From contig JAQGDQ010000847.1 in the NCBI GenBank assembly GCA_030141605.1, positions 24,318 to 88,317 on the forward strand: a DNA stretch of 64,000 nt, read 5' to 3'. The position numbers were made by a program, and so were the translations under genes. The notes beneath the pieces are model-generated. The model searched no databases. It had not been told where the DNA came from and saw only the letters and a list, made by a program, of their open reading frames with translations. Each line of letters begins with the position of its first letter. The first letter of the stretch is position 1. This document shows, piece after piece, positions 29,285 to 42,880 of this stretch. The DNA is from Tubiluchus corallicola (Eukaryota; Animalia; Priapulida).

Positions 29285-30558
29285 CAGGGCGTATTTACCA
29301 ATAGGCTAACTAGGTTGTAACCTAGAGTGGCAAATTTCGACGGGCGCCAGATTTTAGGTGCACAGTGTTTAACTCCTTCAAGACTGCATCATTCAAAATA
29401 GGCCTTATAAGACCTATGAGATTTTTGCTACTATACACGCACAGACATAACTAAATTAGGCAGTGTTCTACTGAGGAAAACATTCAACCTATTTACTTAA
29501 ACATTGATTAGTGATTTAATTGGATAAAATTAAGAAAAATACGCCCTTTTCAGGCACTCCAACTTATCCTATTGAGTAGCTTAGTCTGGTATGCACTTGC
29601 GTGACTGCACACACTAATTTATTGACCGTCTGTTGATCGTACAGCGCAAGAGAACCGTTGGTTGTACAGAGTTCCAGGAAAAACCAACCGATGAGTCAAG
29701 AAGGTTTCATCTTTTAACAGAAATTTCCCCTTGAAAATAGAGTAAACTTGAAGCCAAAGTATATCACAGTGTTGTGTACGGACAGTTGAAATGTTCTACA
29801 TTAGCAGATTTCACACAAGTGATACTGTACATTGTTACAGTGCAAACACTGGGGTTCTTCAATTTATTCGTCAAAATCGATTTTTAATTTATCTAAAGTA
29901 AGCAAATGCAGTTCATATATATTTTTGCATGAAAATCCATTGTTTGGGGAGTAGAAACCTACAAAAATTATCAAATGCAATGTAATCGTTGCTTGGTGAG
30001 AACATTTTATCTTGAACCCATGCAAAATGCAACAAACGCTTTTGGTCCTGAAGGAGTTAAAGAAATTGCGTATGCTTTCATGTTCATGTAAAGCGCTTAT
30101 TTTGTAATACACCACAGACAGTTACTAAGCCACATTTTATATATAAGCCCATATAACAATAGGCCCTACAAAATTATAATATTACAAATTGCAAGGTAAA
30201 TATATGTAAATATAACAAGTTAGTCCATGTTCTAAGGCCTGTACAAATAAGTAGATTACGTTTGTTATTATGAAAGGCATTACACCAGTAATTACGCAGC
30301 AGCCTGCTTAGATATAAACTTCGTGTAATTAGCTGATTAACAATAACTACGTAGGTATTAGTGACAGTAATACACCACAAATAATTGTACATTAAGTTCA
30401 TATATATAAAAATAGTTAATCTAAAATAGAGGGACTGAACTATCGGCTTAGGGTGCTGTAATGTCTTGACACGCCCCACTGGCGGGAAACTTTTGGCTGA
30501 GGATGGGGTGCTAAAAATACTTTTGGCTAAGCCGACAAACTAGCTAGAGCCAGCCCTG
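29285..30558. mobile_element. Possible old hAT-type non-autonomous element
   Basis: Ends AAAC|CAGGGCGTATTTA and TAGAGCCAGCCCTG|GTTT give a short inverted match; no TSD is recognisable. Confidence 0.35.
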
Positions 30559-30689
30559 GTTTGGGGGCTGAGAACATCCTACGTACTGAACGGATCTAGG
30601 AGAACTCCTGACACTGATTTTTTACTTTCAAGTCATGTTAGCTCGCAAACACAGAAAATTGAAGTCACGAAACTTACAGGTAGATACCT

Positions 30690-31145
30690 GTGGCAGGGGC
30701 CTTGAAAGTTGCATGGTAAATGGCGATCTCGATCAAAGACACTTATCGGTCAGGTGTCGAAATTAATCTGGGCTTTTGAAAAGTAGAGATTCTTTAAGGG
30801 CCCGAGATATAACCCAAAATGGGTAACAGTGAGTAACACTAAAACTATAGTAACTCGAGACACGAAATTTGCAGGGAATACAGCTGTGGTGGGACCTAGA
30901 CAGTGGTGTGTTTAAACAAAGGGCTTGTGTTGTTAAAGGGCGAAAGGGATAGGCGCCAAATGTGAAAATTAGGGCATCGGGCTTTAATTCCTGCTAACTA
31001 CCAAATGTAGACGGCTAGAGTCAACGAAACTTGCAGCCTAGAGTACGCATTCAGTTTTTGAGATATTGACACTCGACCAGATTTAGTCAGGTGTAAACAA
31101 CTTACGTTCGCAGATTTGGATCTGAATCTATTCAGTCTTGCTTGC
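30690..31145 (+). mobile_element. Dispersed repeat copy 2 (same family as 9850-10722)
   Basis: Three colinear blocks of similarity with copy 1. Confidence 0.65.
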
Positions 31146-31447
31146 TTTCAGTAAATCTCTTAATTGCTACTTTATAAACAGACTGAAAATGGCAGCAAAT
31201 TGACCCTCTGTGATTGGATCCGACAACAGTTAATACTGTACGTATTTTTATGCATCCCAGTTCGCAATATTTAATTATTAGACTGAGACGCAACAAATTT
31301 GGGTGAACTACCGTACGACCTCATTTACCTGGGGTGAGTTGTACTTGACTCAACTGTACTGACCGCGGAATGAACTACAACTGCTTTTGCCCAAAATTGG
31401 ATTAAATCCAATGAATTTAGCAGAGAATGAAATTTTTGCCTCGTTTA

Positions 31448-34400
31448 TCACCCTACAAATATGTCACTATCAAGGCCAGAGTTGGCTTGGTTTAATTGTT
31501 CTTTTAACCAGTTCATAGTTGTGCGTTTGTATTCCACTCCAAGGGCAGCATTCACTCTTTCACTATAACACTGCCTCACATGACCACCTAAATTTTCTCC
31601 ATATAAGAAATTTTCGTCATGTCCTCCTTCCTCCGCGCTGCCAAAGAATCCATTTTTTCCAGACAGAGTGCAAACTATTTGCGGAGTGCTTGTGCTTTGC
31701 CAGTATAAGCACCTAAATACACATAAATATTACAGAAGACATTAGTAATTTTCCTATATCGCTCTATATCAGCTTTACTTTACGTACGTGCAACTTCAGC
31801 TTTATACAGCGATAACAGCGCAACGTCGGCTACGAGTTCCGACTTGGCTAAATATAATAGCGACCAGATTGCAAAAACTGAGAGCCTATAAAAGTCAAGC
31901 TATATGACGACAGCTACATAAAATTTTTGTACCCCGTACCACATATAAACATTCTTAAACTCTCAAATCATGGACATGAATCAAACATTAAGTGTAGTTG
32001 TTACCTGCAGTAATCATCCCTGCCATCACCATTCACATCTCTCATGAACCAAGTATCGTGGAAACCAAGTCTCATGTCCGATCTTGCAACGTAGTTATAT
32101 TCGCTCTGACCTGCTGTTCCTGCCAAAGCGCAGGCAAGTTGCTTTTCCTCCTTTACCTGAATAACTCTAAACAACTTCTAATAAATTATTGACTTTAGTT
32201 ACTACTATTGCAATTCTTGAATGTTGTCATATACTAACTTACTTCACGATGTTTTCCATTAATGGTTAGGTCTATGGTTATTTTTGTAAGACGCATTATT
32301 ATCGGAGTTGCAGTACTGTCTTTTACAGGCAACCAGCTCTTTGAAGAGAACAAAATTTAACCAAGCTGGAAACATTTTTAGAAAAAATAAAATTTAATGT
32401 TTCTTGAAAGTTTCGCAGTAAAAATTCGCACCGTCAAACTTATATTCAGGGGAATAATCTTTCGGGTTACAGCAAAGATCAGAATTGTGATTCAGTTATG
32501 ATACAGTAATTATTAGTGCTGAAAGATTTGTTCCTACTGCCATACCATACCTGCAGTAATCATTGGCAGCTCCTTGTGCTTGAACATCAACCCAACCCTT
32601 AAAATAATGTGCTAATCCTACATCAACGATATCGTATCTACGCTGTTTCAGGTCTCGCCTGCAGGAGTCTATTGGTTTACCTGCTAAATTTATTACAAAT
32701 TCATTGTTGAAAGAGCTGGGAAGTTTTGTCGTTGAAAGAAAGTTACTTTGTAATCCATCGTAAGGTTGCGTGTTCGGCATTCGGCGAGTAAAAACTGTGT
32801 TCTCTGTTTGCCTGAGTATGACATGAGCATTCACCGTGCTTTCCATCTCGTTTACGGCTGATTCTGTGCTAATATTGTCAGGACCCTGCCTTGTTATTTC
32901 CTGAGTGAATCGAGCAAAATTGTCACTTGTATTCATAACGTTGCCTTTTGGTGTACCTATGCTATATGAATCTGTCACTTTGGAATCAATTGTTGAATTT
33001 ATTTTCGCATGCTCATAAGAAAGTGGCGTTGTTACCACTGGTTTTTCTCCGTCGTTTGCTGAAACCGTAACAGTATAGCTGACTTCACTCGAGAAATTGG
33101 TTGCGATAAATGTGTTGTTTTTAACTTTTACAGTTTCTGAACTTTGTGGCCTTGCTTCAGTTAAATTGGTTTCATCGGTAACAAAATGAAACCACGTCAG
33201 CTGTTTGCTTTCCAAGTAATGATCATTTATAGAAGTTGGTTGAATATTGAAAACCTCATTAGTTGTAGATTTAACTATGCTCCTCTTTGAACTTTCGGGT
33301 TCCCTAAGTGTGGATGAGTCTACTTCAAGGGGATTAATTTGTAACGGATCCAGTGAAAAGGAGTGAGAATCAATGTGGGAATTCGACTGCCCTAAATTTT
33401 CTCCTATTGACCTGTCACTTATTGCATCTGCTAAGGTTGTTGCCAAATCAAAACCCTCTTCAGTTTTATGTTTATTTGGTTTTATTTTACTAAGAGTAAG
33501 TACAGATGGTGGTGTTAGCTGGTTTTCTGTTGCCGACGTCGTCTTAAAATCTGACACCGCTGTTACTGTTATCTCATCTGTGTCAGGCTCTTTTGACGTC
33601 AGTGAAGAACGTTGATCATTTTCAGACTGCTTTTGCATTGTTGAACTTTCAACATTGTCTCTCTCGGTTACAAATTTTGTCCTTGAACTTTTTTCCAACT
33701 GGCTATGCACGTAATCGATCTGTTTCATTTTATCGGCATCCCTAATAGTAGCAGTGTAATCAGTATAGTCGCTGTAATCGAATACATAACTTGAAGACGC
33801 AAATTCGGTTTTCACAGCTACTAGTTTTTCTTTTAGTTGTGGTGTCGTGAATATCTCAAAATCCTCGGGTCCTGCTGACAAACATAAAAATTCTTTATTG
33901 AACTGATATACATTAATATATTTGTCCTATGATAAAAGGTAATTGCATCTTAAGATGCAAGATATGGGTACCTCAGGATACAAGAACATGTTAAACGCGT
34001 TTTAGAAATAAAAGACTGTATACATTATTGCAGTATTTACCGTGGTAACATTCTTCACCAGACTTTTCACTAGTGTCTGGTAGTATGCTGCAATTCAGTG
34101 TTTCTGGCCATGTTATGCCATATTGGTCCATCAAGGGCAGACAGCCGTCACGTACGGTCTGGCACATGGATTCGCATGGCTTAATCATTTCACCAGTTTC
34201 GCTGCATGGCGGTGCGTGCATACCACAAATAAATGCACGAAATTCTAGGGAAAAACGTTGATAATAAGAACAATGATTAATGAGTGCCAAGCCGTCATGT
34301 GAAATGTCAAGTGCTGTTGACACCAAGTTAGGGTTTAGTTAACCTTCTGATGCATCTGGGCTTCAGTCTTGAATTTAGTCCTTTGATTAGCAAAATACAC

Positions 34401-34713
34401 ATCAACAATAAAAAAGAAATGTATAAAACAATAGTTTACGACAAACAGTTTAGGCCCCAGTATCATGTAGTTGCACTGAAGTGACTGAATGATAGCATTC
34501 TGCACATTACAGTGAACGACCTATAACCTACCTTTATGGCATGCTACTTCGATTAAAGCAAAGTAGCTGTAAGCAGCAATCGATGCTTCTCTTTGTGTAG
34601 TGAGATTCAGTAAGACGTTAGGAAAGTAAGTCATCGGATATAAATCTCTGCAGAAGTCAATTTCCACTGCTTGGCAGAAATCATCTTGTGTTCTAGGCTT
34701 TGCTTCACTGAAA
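31448..34713 (-). CDS. Uncharacterised protein: Frizzled CRD + long Ser/Thr-rich region + two FG-GAP-like DYCR repeats (5' exons unresolved)
   Basis: Phase-consistent exons 34713/34707-34532, 34244-34041, 33874/33871-32551, 32166-32005, 31712-31448(TGA). The 10-Cys CRD reads CQAVEIDFCRDLYPMTYFPN...ACHKEFRAFICGMHAPPC...KPCESMCQTVRDGCLPLMDQYGITWPETLNCSILP. C-terminal repeats are GWVDVQAQGAANDYCR and WFMRDVNGDGRDDYCR. Confidence 0.85.
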
Positions 34714-34794
34714 CTGTACATTATTACAAATTTTATCTATTTTTAATAGTCAAACACACTGGAAACACGAACGAAACAAAAACGACAACAGTAA

Positions 34795-35100
34795 TCGGTT
34801 AATCAGTCGCGTCTGTCTATGTGTTTGTTTGCCAGTTTCCACGCCTATGTGATGTCCGAGACAAAAAAGGAACAAACTGATTTTCACTATAATGTTCACT
34901 AAACTCGACACCAAGATAGGTCTGGGGAAAGCTGGAGTGGAAATCATATTGCCAAAGTCACAAGGTAAAAAATCAAAAGTCAAAACCTACAAAATCACCA
35001 CGTTTGGCACAGGGACAAGTGTGGGCAAGACCTGGAAACCCATTACGTTGGATTCAAAGGTCAAGGTTAAACGGTGAAAAATGTCAAAATTAATTTTTTC
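34795..35100. mobile_element. Helentron-like non-autonomous fragment
   Basis: GTCTGTCT/GTTTGTTT short repeat, TTCACTAAACTCGACACC and AAAGGTCAAGGT motifs, as commonly seen in such elements; the assignment is inference. Confidence 0.4.
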
Positions 35101-36009
35101 CTATAGTGACTTCATATCAAGTAACTGGACATCATTACCATAACGGCAAAACATGATTACAAAGAAAAAGTCATAAACTTGTGGTATGCCGAACAATAAG
35201 CTATGATAATCTCTAAAACTGAGTGCAAACTCATCACCCACTAATACTTCCTCGGCGCCTTCTACTTTAGCTTTGTTATCGCCCAAAGGCTCAGTACCAG
35301 TGCAGCAGTATCAGTTGCGCATTTGTTCACGTAGTGTCATATCAATCGCGACTGTTCCAACATGCAATTGTGCTCATAAAAATGTTAATACTTACAACAT
35401 TTTAGTTCCTTTTACTTAATTTTATGAATTTTCATGAAAATGGAGTTACTTCTAATGCATAGTGACATGACACCAGAACCATTAGTAAATTTGAAAAACA
35501 AAAAACAACCATTCTGAGATTATTATAATTAAAATAATAATAAGTTTAACTACGCGTATATTAGCAAAATTATTACCAACCCTAAAATGGTTAGTATTAA
35601 AACGGTAAGTATCATCTTTGTTAGAAACTAAAATCGTTAGTCTAGTACATAGACGTTAAATGCTCTTTTACAATCCGCGTCACGTAGATAAACTTTCTAA
35701 CCCCACGTTTACACTAATAATTTATAAAGCGAGATAATCGCTTGTAACAGGAAATTACGATTGGAAATGAAACATCCTGTTATACTGTTATACTGGCTTT
35801 TAAAATTATTTCACATTACCTTGAGAAGAAAAAAATTGTCTGACTAGGTTATTTAGAGGCGCTTATGATAAATTAATATAGTGAAGGTTTGTGCAGCCCA
35901 ATGGAGCATAACTGCCTTATTTCACAGTTAATCATTCTTAATAGTTAGAGATTTACTAATTAATATCTATGTTTAAGCAGTGGTTTAATACACACGCATA
36001 AAGGAATGT

Positions 36010-36100
36010 ACATAAAATGGCAGAAGTAAAAACGGCACAGTAAAAATAATGATGCAAAAAGGTACAGGACAAAAACGGCATAAACGGAAAAACTGGCTTA
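36010..36100. repeat. ~15-bp tandem array (TAAAAACGGCACAG-like)
   Basis: About six imperfect copies. Confidence 0.6.
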
Positions 36101-36900
36101 CATAATAAAACATAAATTTATGTGCTTTAAATTATCACTACACATTTGATAGCATTGCATAGTCGTCAAAGCAATAGTGTAACTAGGCGACACACGAATG
36201 ATGCGAAGCTGGCAATATTTTCTGACGAGAAAAGCTGGCAGTATCTTCGATCTATCATCCATCAGCTAAGCGGCTAGGCCTGAACAGAAGAAGTTGGCAT
36301 GAAGGCATGAAGCGAGAATGTTTCTCGTGCTTTGTCCTAGAAGAGGAAAGTTTGTAGGTTGGATCCTGCACATATCAACTGTGACAATCTGTACGACTTA
36401 AAATGCCAGAAAGACGGTTGCTTCAAAATGGCTAGATTACCACTTAAAGTGAGAATAACACGTCACCAATACTTGTTGTTTCAGTACGTTTTATTTGATA
36501 TAAAGCTGTGGGCCCTGGCGACCTTCCTTGATGTGGGAATTAACATTGTCAGTATACAATTATGGACAAACGAACGGTTAGCCAAATGATCATGGCTATT
36601 TAGTGCAATAAAACACACCTCCAATATAACTAATAAAACATCGTAGATTTATCGTTTTGATTTCACCCGGGGTTTTATTTGAAACAAAAACATCCCATAA
36701 ACGGGGTACTTATAAGGAAAGTCTCTGCAAAGCTTGCTAGCTAGCTTGCCCTCGCACAGTTGCGGCTTTCGACGTTGGCCTATACAGGAACAGTCCGGCG
36801 ATGGGCTCTCCAAATGATAGCTTTAATGTCTGACACATCAACGATATCGGGCGTGGCGTTAGTTCCATCAACTGTGAATCGCACGGTAAGAAGTCCAAAA

Positions 36901-36936
<36 letters not shown>

Positions 36937-39039
36937 GGAAGACTTGCAATGGGTTGGTTTCCTGCTATCAGCACTGCATCTAAACGACCTGGTCTCATCC
37001 ATCACAAACGACAAAGTCTCTACCAGCTTCCTAAACGACGGATAGCACAGGATCAACAAAACTAAGTATAACCGTTCGAGAAATACTCTAGCTCTGCTGA
37101 GGCGGTCCCATTGACAAACGTGACGTTATCCTCTCAACGAAGAAAATTTAATGGTAAAACTAAGGTTGAGCAACCATATTGCAAAGCCACATCTCACACT
37201 CTACCCTCGTGGCCTAGCTTCCCCATGTAAATTGTTCCCTCTAAATTGAGGGGCTGCATAAGCATGTTAAAGGTTATTCATAACAAAAATCAGACCAATC
37301 AAACGGCTTATGAAGGGTAGCGGCTGTCGTTGATTAGTGGTCACACTCAATTGCCGTCACACCTGTGGTTAATGTACCTGATTTCTTCCTCAACAAACTG
37401 AATTGACATTAGATGGCACTATTATGTTAAATTTAATAATTATGATTACAAATTATGATTATGATTATTATAAGCAAATAAATATTTCACTTAGTAATAC
37501 CAAAAATAAAACTACTACTAGTAAACCTAATTGTAAAAATGTACTTATTACGATGAATGAGAGCAGTATTGCAAGGGTTATCACATCGTTCATTCACCGT
37601 CTAACTGCAAGAGATGCTGGCTTTGTTGCCATAAGTTTTCTTTCTATAGCAATGCTATATCCTCACCTTATATATATATATATGAGCACTGCTCTCTACA
37701 ATAAACGTCTCTGTAAAATCAGTAGCATAGATTTTTTGAGGTCTGTCTTTTGTGAAGGCAGCCTGTCTTTTCAAGGATGTTGTTGCGACCCATGAACTGA
37801 TCCTAATGATTACTGACGCCTACAAAAATAATACTAGCTCACTAGCTGATAGGGTCCCAACCAGTGCATACAACAGCTTTACCAAAAAATTATTGGCGAT
37901 GGAAGAGGCGAAGAGAGAAAAAGGAGGAAGACAGTGGAGGGAGAAGAAGAGAGTATTGAGAGAGCAAAAACACATATGTAACGTAATGCAATAAATGAAA
38001 ACTTATCTTACTAAGACACGAGATAATACTACCAGTATCACAGTCACACATTCTAAAGAAAATTTTGCATACCGTATATCCTCACAATTGTGTGTGTAAC
38101 ATAACCGTTTGCTGCGAGTAAAAAAAACTAATTACAGCATAGAACAGTTTACAGCAAAAAACTGCCGAATCAATAGAGTATTTGTCATATGGATATGCCC
38201 TCAATAGTGTGGAAGCCGCGATTGTGCATCTCGGCTTAGTGACATAGCCTGCAATATATTGATATCAGATATCAAAGATATCAAGATATCAGAGTCAAAC
38301 TCAAACTCCTCTAAGTTAACACATCTTGCATGTGTCTCGGGAGTTTTTCTTTCGATTACCGATCAGTAGCTCATGCTAGCATTAGATCTCTCTTTAGGAA
38401 GACTCCAAATTAAATGTAATCCGGGATTGAGGATTTTGTTTGTTCCAGTTATACATATCAACATTGTGGGCTGTGTGAGACTTTCAACGCTACACATTAA
38501 GGACTTGATAGATCCTCTACAGATTCAGTTGTGCTTTGATGTAATGTTCTGTTCTGTTACTCATTCTTTTGTACCGCCCAAGCAAAAGGTCACATTACAC
38601 ACACAACAACAAGTCATAGTACAGAACAATTTACTGTACCAAAAAGTATTGCTTAGTCAATTGAGGAGCTATCATGCTCTTGGTATTTTACAGTATTGAG
38701 AGGGGTGATTGGTTGATTGGAGCAGATCGAACTGCGTGGCTTGGAAATTTACCATATCTCAGTAAAACCAAACACTGGACTTATCCTGAAAGGCTGAGAC
38801 AGCACGAAGGCTGTACGAGATCGACTTGCTTCACTAGACTTTGATGGCATGATAAACTTTCAGTTGAGAGTTTGAGCAATACCCTGATGCAATAAATTAT
38901 TCTGTAAGGTTACTCCTAGTTGATTTTGCACCTCTTTAGCAAAAGCTAGGTCATGTGACACAAAATGATACTGATCAAGGCATATTAATACATAATAGCT
39001 ATGTCTTTTCTGTTCTGAACCAGTAAGAATACAAAGAGA

Positions 39040-40070
39040 AGCTTCACCCTATCAGACACCAATGAACGTCTCAGATGAATTTGACCAAACAGCTCCAAAG
39101 AACTGATGTAAAATGCATATACGCTTCACACAAGAAATACGAACGAAAAACTAGTCTTAACGCATTCCAATCCAATGTAATCTTCTTATTCGATTTCCGT
39201 ACATCAAAATTAAGGGCTCTTTTTTACAAAGGCTTTTGATATGTTGCTCATGAAAGACTTCTGGCAAAAGTTGCACATTACAGAAATAAATCATCTTTAC
39301 TATCTTGGATAACATCATTTTTAATTGGAAAGATACAGAGTTTGATTCTAGACGAAGCCTGTTCCAAACCTGTTGCTGTAATTTCTTGGAGTTCCACAAA
39401 GGATAGTATATATAGGAACCACTGTTACTTTTAAACACATGTTCACAAAATAGTAACCAAAGGAATGAAAACGTTAGGAATTCTTTGAAGAAACCTGAAG
39501 TATTGTCCAAAGCTGTTAAACACTCTGCTTACAAACCAATATTAAAGCCAAATTTAGAATACGCTTTTTGCGTATGTGAAACATACAAAAGCAACTTGAG
39601 CAAGTGTAACGTAGATCAGCAAGATTTGTGTGCAATATATATCACAGAAATGCTATAGTGTGACATCTATGTGACTCTGGAGTGGCCAAGCTTCGAACTG
39701 CGTGGTGCAGAACAACGTTTGTGCTTGGTTCAGTGAATCTTATACCATCATGTAGATATTAATAGTAATTATATATTTACAAAGCTACCAGGGAAGGCCA
39801 AAATTCACATCAGTAGAAGCTTTAACGCTACCAGTGCAACAAAAATTGTTTTAAATATTCATTTTGGGCTACCTTCTGTTGCCCAGTGGAATAAACTATT
39901 TTCACATCTATGTTGTGCAAATCTCGGACAAAGTGCAGTTTAGAACAACGATACAAGAATTTGACCTGATATTGGACAACAATCGTATAAATGTACACTA
40001 GTGTTGCCACGCATGCACGCTTCAATAATATTCCTAATGTAATCTGCAGTATCTAGATTCAGATTACCAC
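39040..40070 (+). mobile_element. Highly degenerate CR1/L2-type RT fragment
   Basis: Frameshifted remnants of KAFD (~39230), GVPQG...GPLLL (~39390-39430) and KPKLEYAF (~39545). Confidence 0.65.
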
Positions 40071-40816
40071 ATTATACAGATCGATTATTGGATATTTTGT
40101 CGGGCCATTTTAATGCTTAGCAATTTTCTGTAAAGACGTCTTTGAAAGGCATCACTTTCCTTCTGCCGTTTAACTTTTACGGTCTGTAGCTCAGTATGAT
40201 ATAAAAGTACAGGTTCAACTGAAGTTGAAGGGATCCGGACAAAGAATAAAGTCTATTGAAAGCATTGAAGGCATAGAGAGGACAAACTGAAAACGTCTGC
40301 ATTTGATGACGTCTGTCTGCTATTTCGAACTGAGTCGAAGGTTTCTTTTATTGAAGCACTAATTTTCGTGAAAACAGTAAACTTTCACACGCTTAAAATT
40401 TTTTACATTTTTCTCATAATTAGTATTTACATAAGTGAGTGACACGTCATTGTATTAATAAAATTATAGATTCGTAAAATCGAGTAAATGAAAATGGCAT
40501 CTGTAGAACTAAGTTTGATTGCTGAATGGTACTATGATAGCCTTTTTTGGGGTATTTACCCTGGTACCTGGTACTGTGAACCTGAAGTTTGGAACCCAAA
40601 CCCTATAATTAGCAATACCGTTTTAAACATAATTTTGAGAGTTCTTTTTCACGTATAATTGATGTACCTTACCTCCACAGGGGTAAATCCATGACTCTTG
40701 CTTTTTTTAATTTAATTTTTTAATGAATATGAGTTATGATTTATTGTTGATGGAGTAATAATTGTCAAAATTTGCTAATGATTGTAACCTACCTGGGTAG
40801 TTATCGAAACATGCTA

Positions 40817-42013
40817 CAGTCGAATCCCGTTAATACGATTTTCAAGAATCCAAAATATTTCTTTGTTTTAAGCGGGTTTCACACTATCCATTACACGGAT
40901 TTTTATTCTAATGTAAAATAGCAGCTAATGGATGTGTAGTCTCTGCAACGGCTTTCTTTTGCCAGGGAGCACAATTTAAGCTTGTTTAACCTCCCTCCAT
41001 TTTGCATAAATACAAACTGCAAAATTATATCAGTGTATTACCAGTCAGTTGCTCTGGTTAGTCTAAACTCTAAATCAATCAAGGGGTTAGTGATGCCAGA
41101 GAGTCTGCGGTATTTTGCCACAGCGAATGTATACTCTGTAAATGTACTACATTACAATGTTAATGCCCATATATGCAACAAAACTTTACTATACAGCCAC
41201 TGCTATGGTATTGCAATTGGATTCGTGTAAGCGAGGCCAAGCAGTTTAGAGATGGGAAGCCAGCCAGTAACAAATACTAGTTTTAAGCTGTAAGGGCAAG
41301 TTTTTATCAAAGTGGGAAGGCATTTTCCAAATCAACAATTTGACTGCAGGTAGTTATTTGTATGCTTATTTCAATGATTTCAATAAATTTGTAAAACCTG
41401 AAAAATCCATCAAAGTAAAATGTGCTGTAAATAGCTCACATTTTATTACTTGAAGAAATTAGTAATTTTATTGTTTTGCGTTCTTACGAGCAAAATTTAT
41501 AGTAAAGTCATTTAAACATTGAATATCTCGCTGAACGCATGACTAATTTAAACCACCTTTAAAGTTCAACCTAAATTATGACAAAATGTTGCACCTGCAT
41601 GGACATTTTGGTGCATTTGACTAATTTGAGCATTGACTAATTTAAATCACCTTTAAAGTTTAAACTAAACTATGAAAAAAGTTGCGTCTGCAGGCTAACT
41701 ACGTGCATTACATTATGATGCATAATAATTGTAAAAAACAAAGCTGTGGTTACCTTGACAACAGGTGAAGAGTAATCTAGTGTGTAGACGTGGCTGGCCA
41801 CAGCAGGAATCATATTACAAGTGTTTATTGCTTTAAAATTATACTGCCGGGACTTCGGGTAAACGTCGAACAAATGGGGTTTTCGTCATATCAAGTTTCA
41901 TAGTAACTATACATGATTACATATGTTTTATTATCAGATTGGCAGGAAGATTATAATCGTTGTATTACCGAGAGTTTCATTATAAGCCAAATCATATTAC
42001 TGGAATTCGACTA
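40817..42013. mobile_element. pogo/Tigger-like MITE (~1.2 kb)
   Basis: TA|CAGTCGAATCCCGTTAATACGATTT and AAATCATATTACTGGAATTCGACTA|TA form imperfect TIRs with a TA TSD; internal ~40-bp duplication at 41541 and 41635. Confidence 0.8.
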
Positions 42014-42049
42014 TACGACTAAGTGATATGAATTAAATGAATTATAACT

Positions 42050-42880
42050 GGTCACAAAAATGATAAATGCTTTTTCATGGAAGTAAATTCAAAGTACCTC
42101 ATTTGAGCTATTAAAACCTAAAACAGGGTCATTTCTTGCACAATACAATGATGACAGAGGTACAGCAAGAAACAGACTTGGGCATTATATTTTCAACTGA
42201 TCTTAAACTGGCAGCTCATATTTTAAACAATGTTAAAAAGCAAACGCTATTCTTGGAATGATTTACAGAACATTTTGTCACAGGCATGCAAGCATCATAA
42301 TTGCACTTGATAGATCCAGAGTTCGCTCAGTCGTGGAATATGAAAGTCCCTTTTGAAATTCGCATTATGTAAGAAAACATTTGTTTGAAAGAAGATATCC
42401 AAAAAAGAGATGTGAGGATGATTTTTGGAATGCAAGGCTTGCAATACTGTCACTGTTTTCGGTCAACTAGAGCTACAAACTCTCATTACTAGAAGAACTT
42501 GTGCTGATTTAATTTAAGTCTTCAAGCTGATAAACGGCATGGACCTAGTTGTCTTTGGAAACTTCTTCGAGTTCCTGAATGCAAATAGTTTATCAAGACA
42601 TCTCAGATTGCAGATATATATATATATAAAACAAGCTGGTCTGGATCTCAGAAAATTCTTTTTTAATGAGATAATTGTAACTGCCTGGAACGAGCTTCCT
42701 CAAACAGCTAGGGATGCATCTACAGTGAAGCAATTCAAACATGCTATTCAAGATAATGCAAATGGGTTGGAATAGCAGAATGTCAAATGGCTACCCGAGA
42801 AAGCTTTTTGCAAACACTCATGGAGATTTGTATGCTGAAAGTCACCATTTTGCTGTAATAGCTCAATCCATAAACCAACT
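42050..42880 (+). mobile_element. CR1-type LINE 3' fragment
   Basis: Remnants ETDLGIIFSTDLK, ANAILGMIYRTF, VRSVVEY, RKFFFNEIIVTAWNELP and ASTVKQFK. Confidence 0.8.

Noticed and set aside
32243-32338. Possible extra cassette exon in the CRD gene (SWLPVKDSTATPII...; good GTAAGT donor)
   Set aside because: Its best acceptor is phase 0 while the upstream donor is phase 2. It would need a weak GAG acceptor and would interrupt the DYCR-VI repeat; direct 32551-32166 splicing is more parsimonious.
33991-34721. Two separate Frizzled CRDs, or a Frizzled receptor / sFRP
   Set aside because: The two ORFs are halves of one CRD; no 7TM or NTR domain follows.
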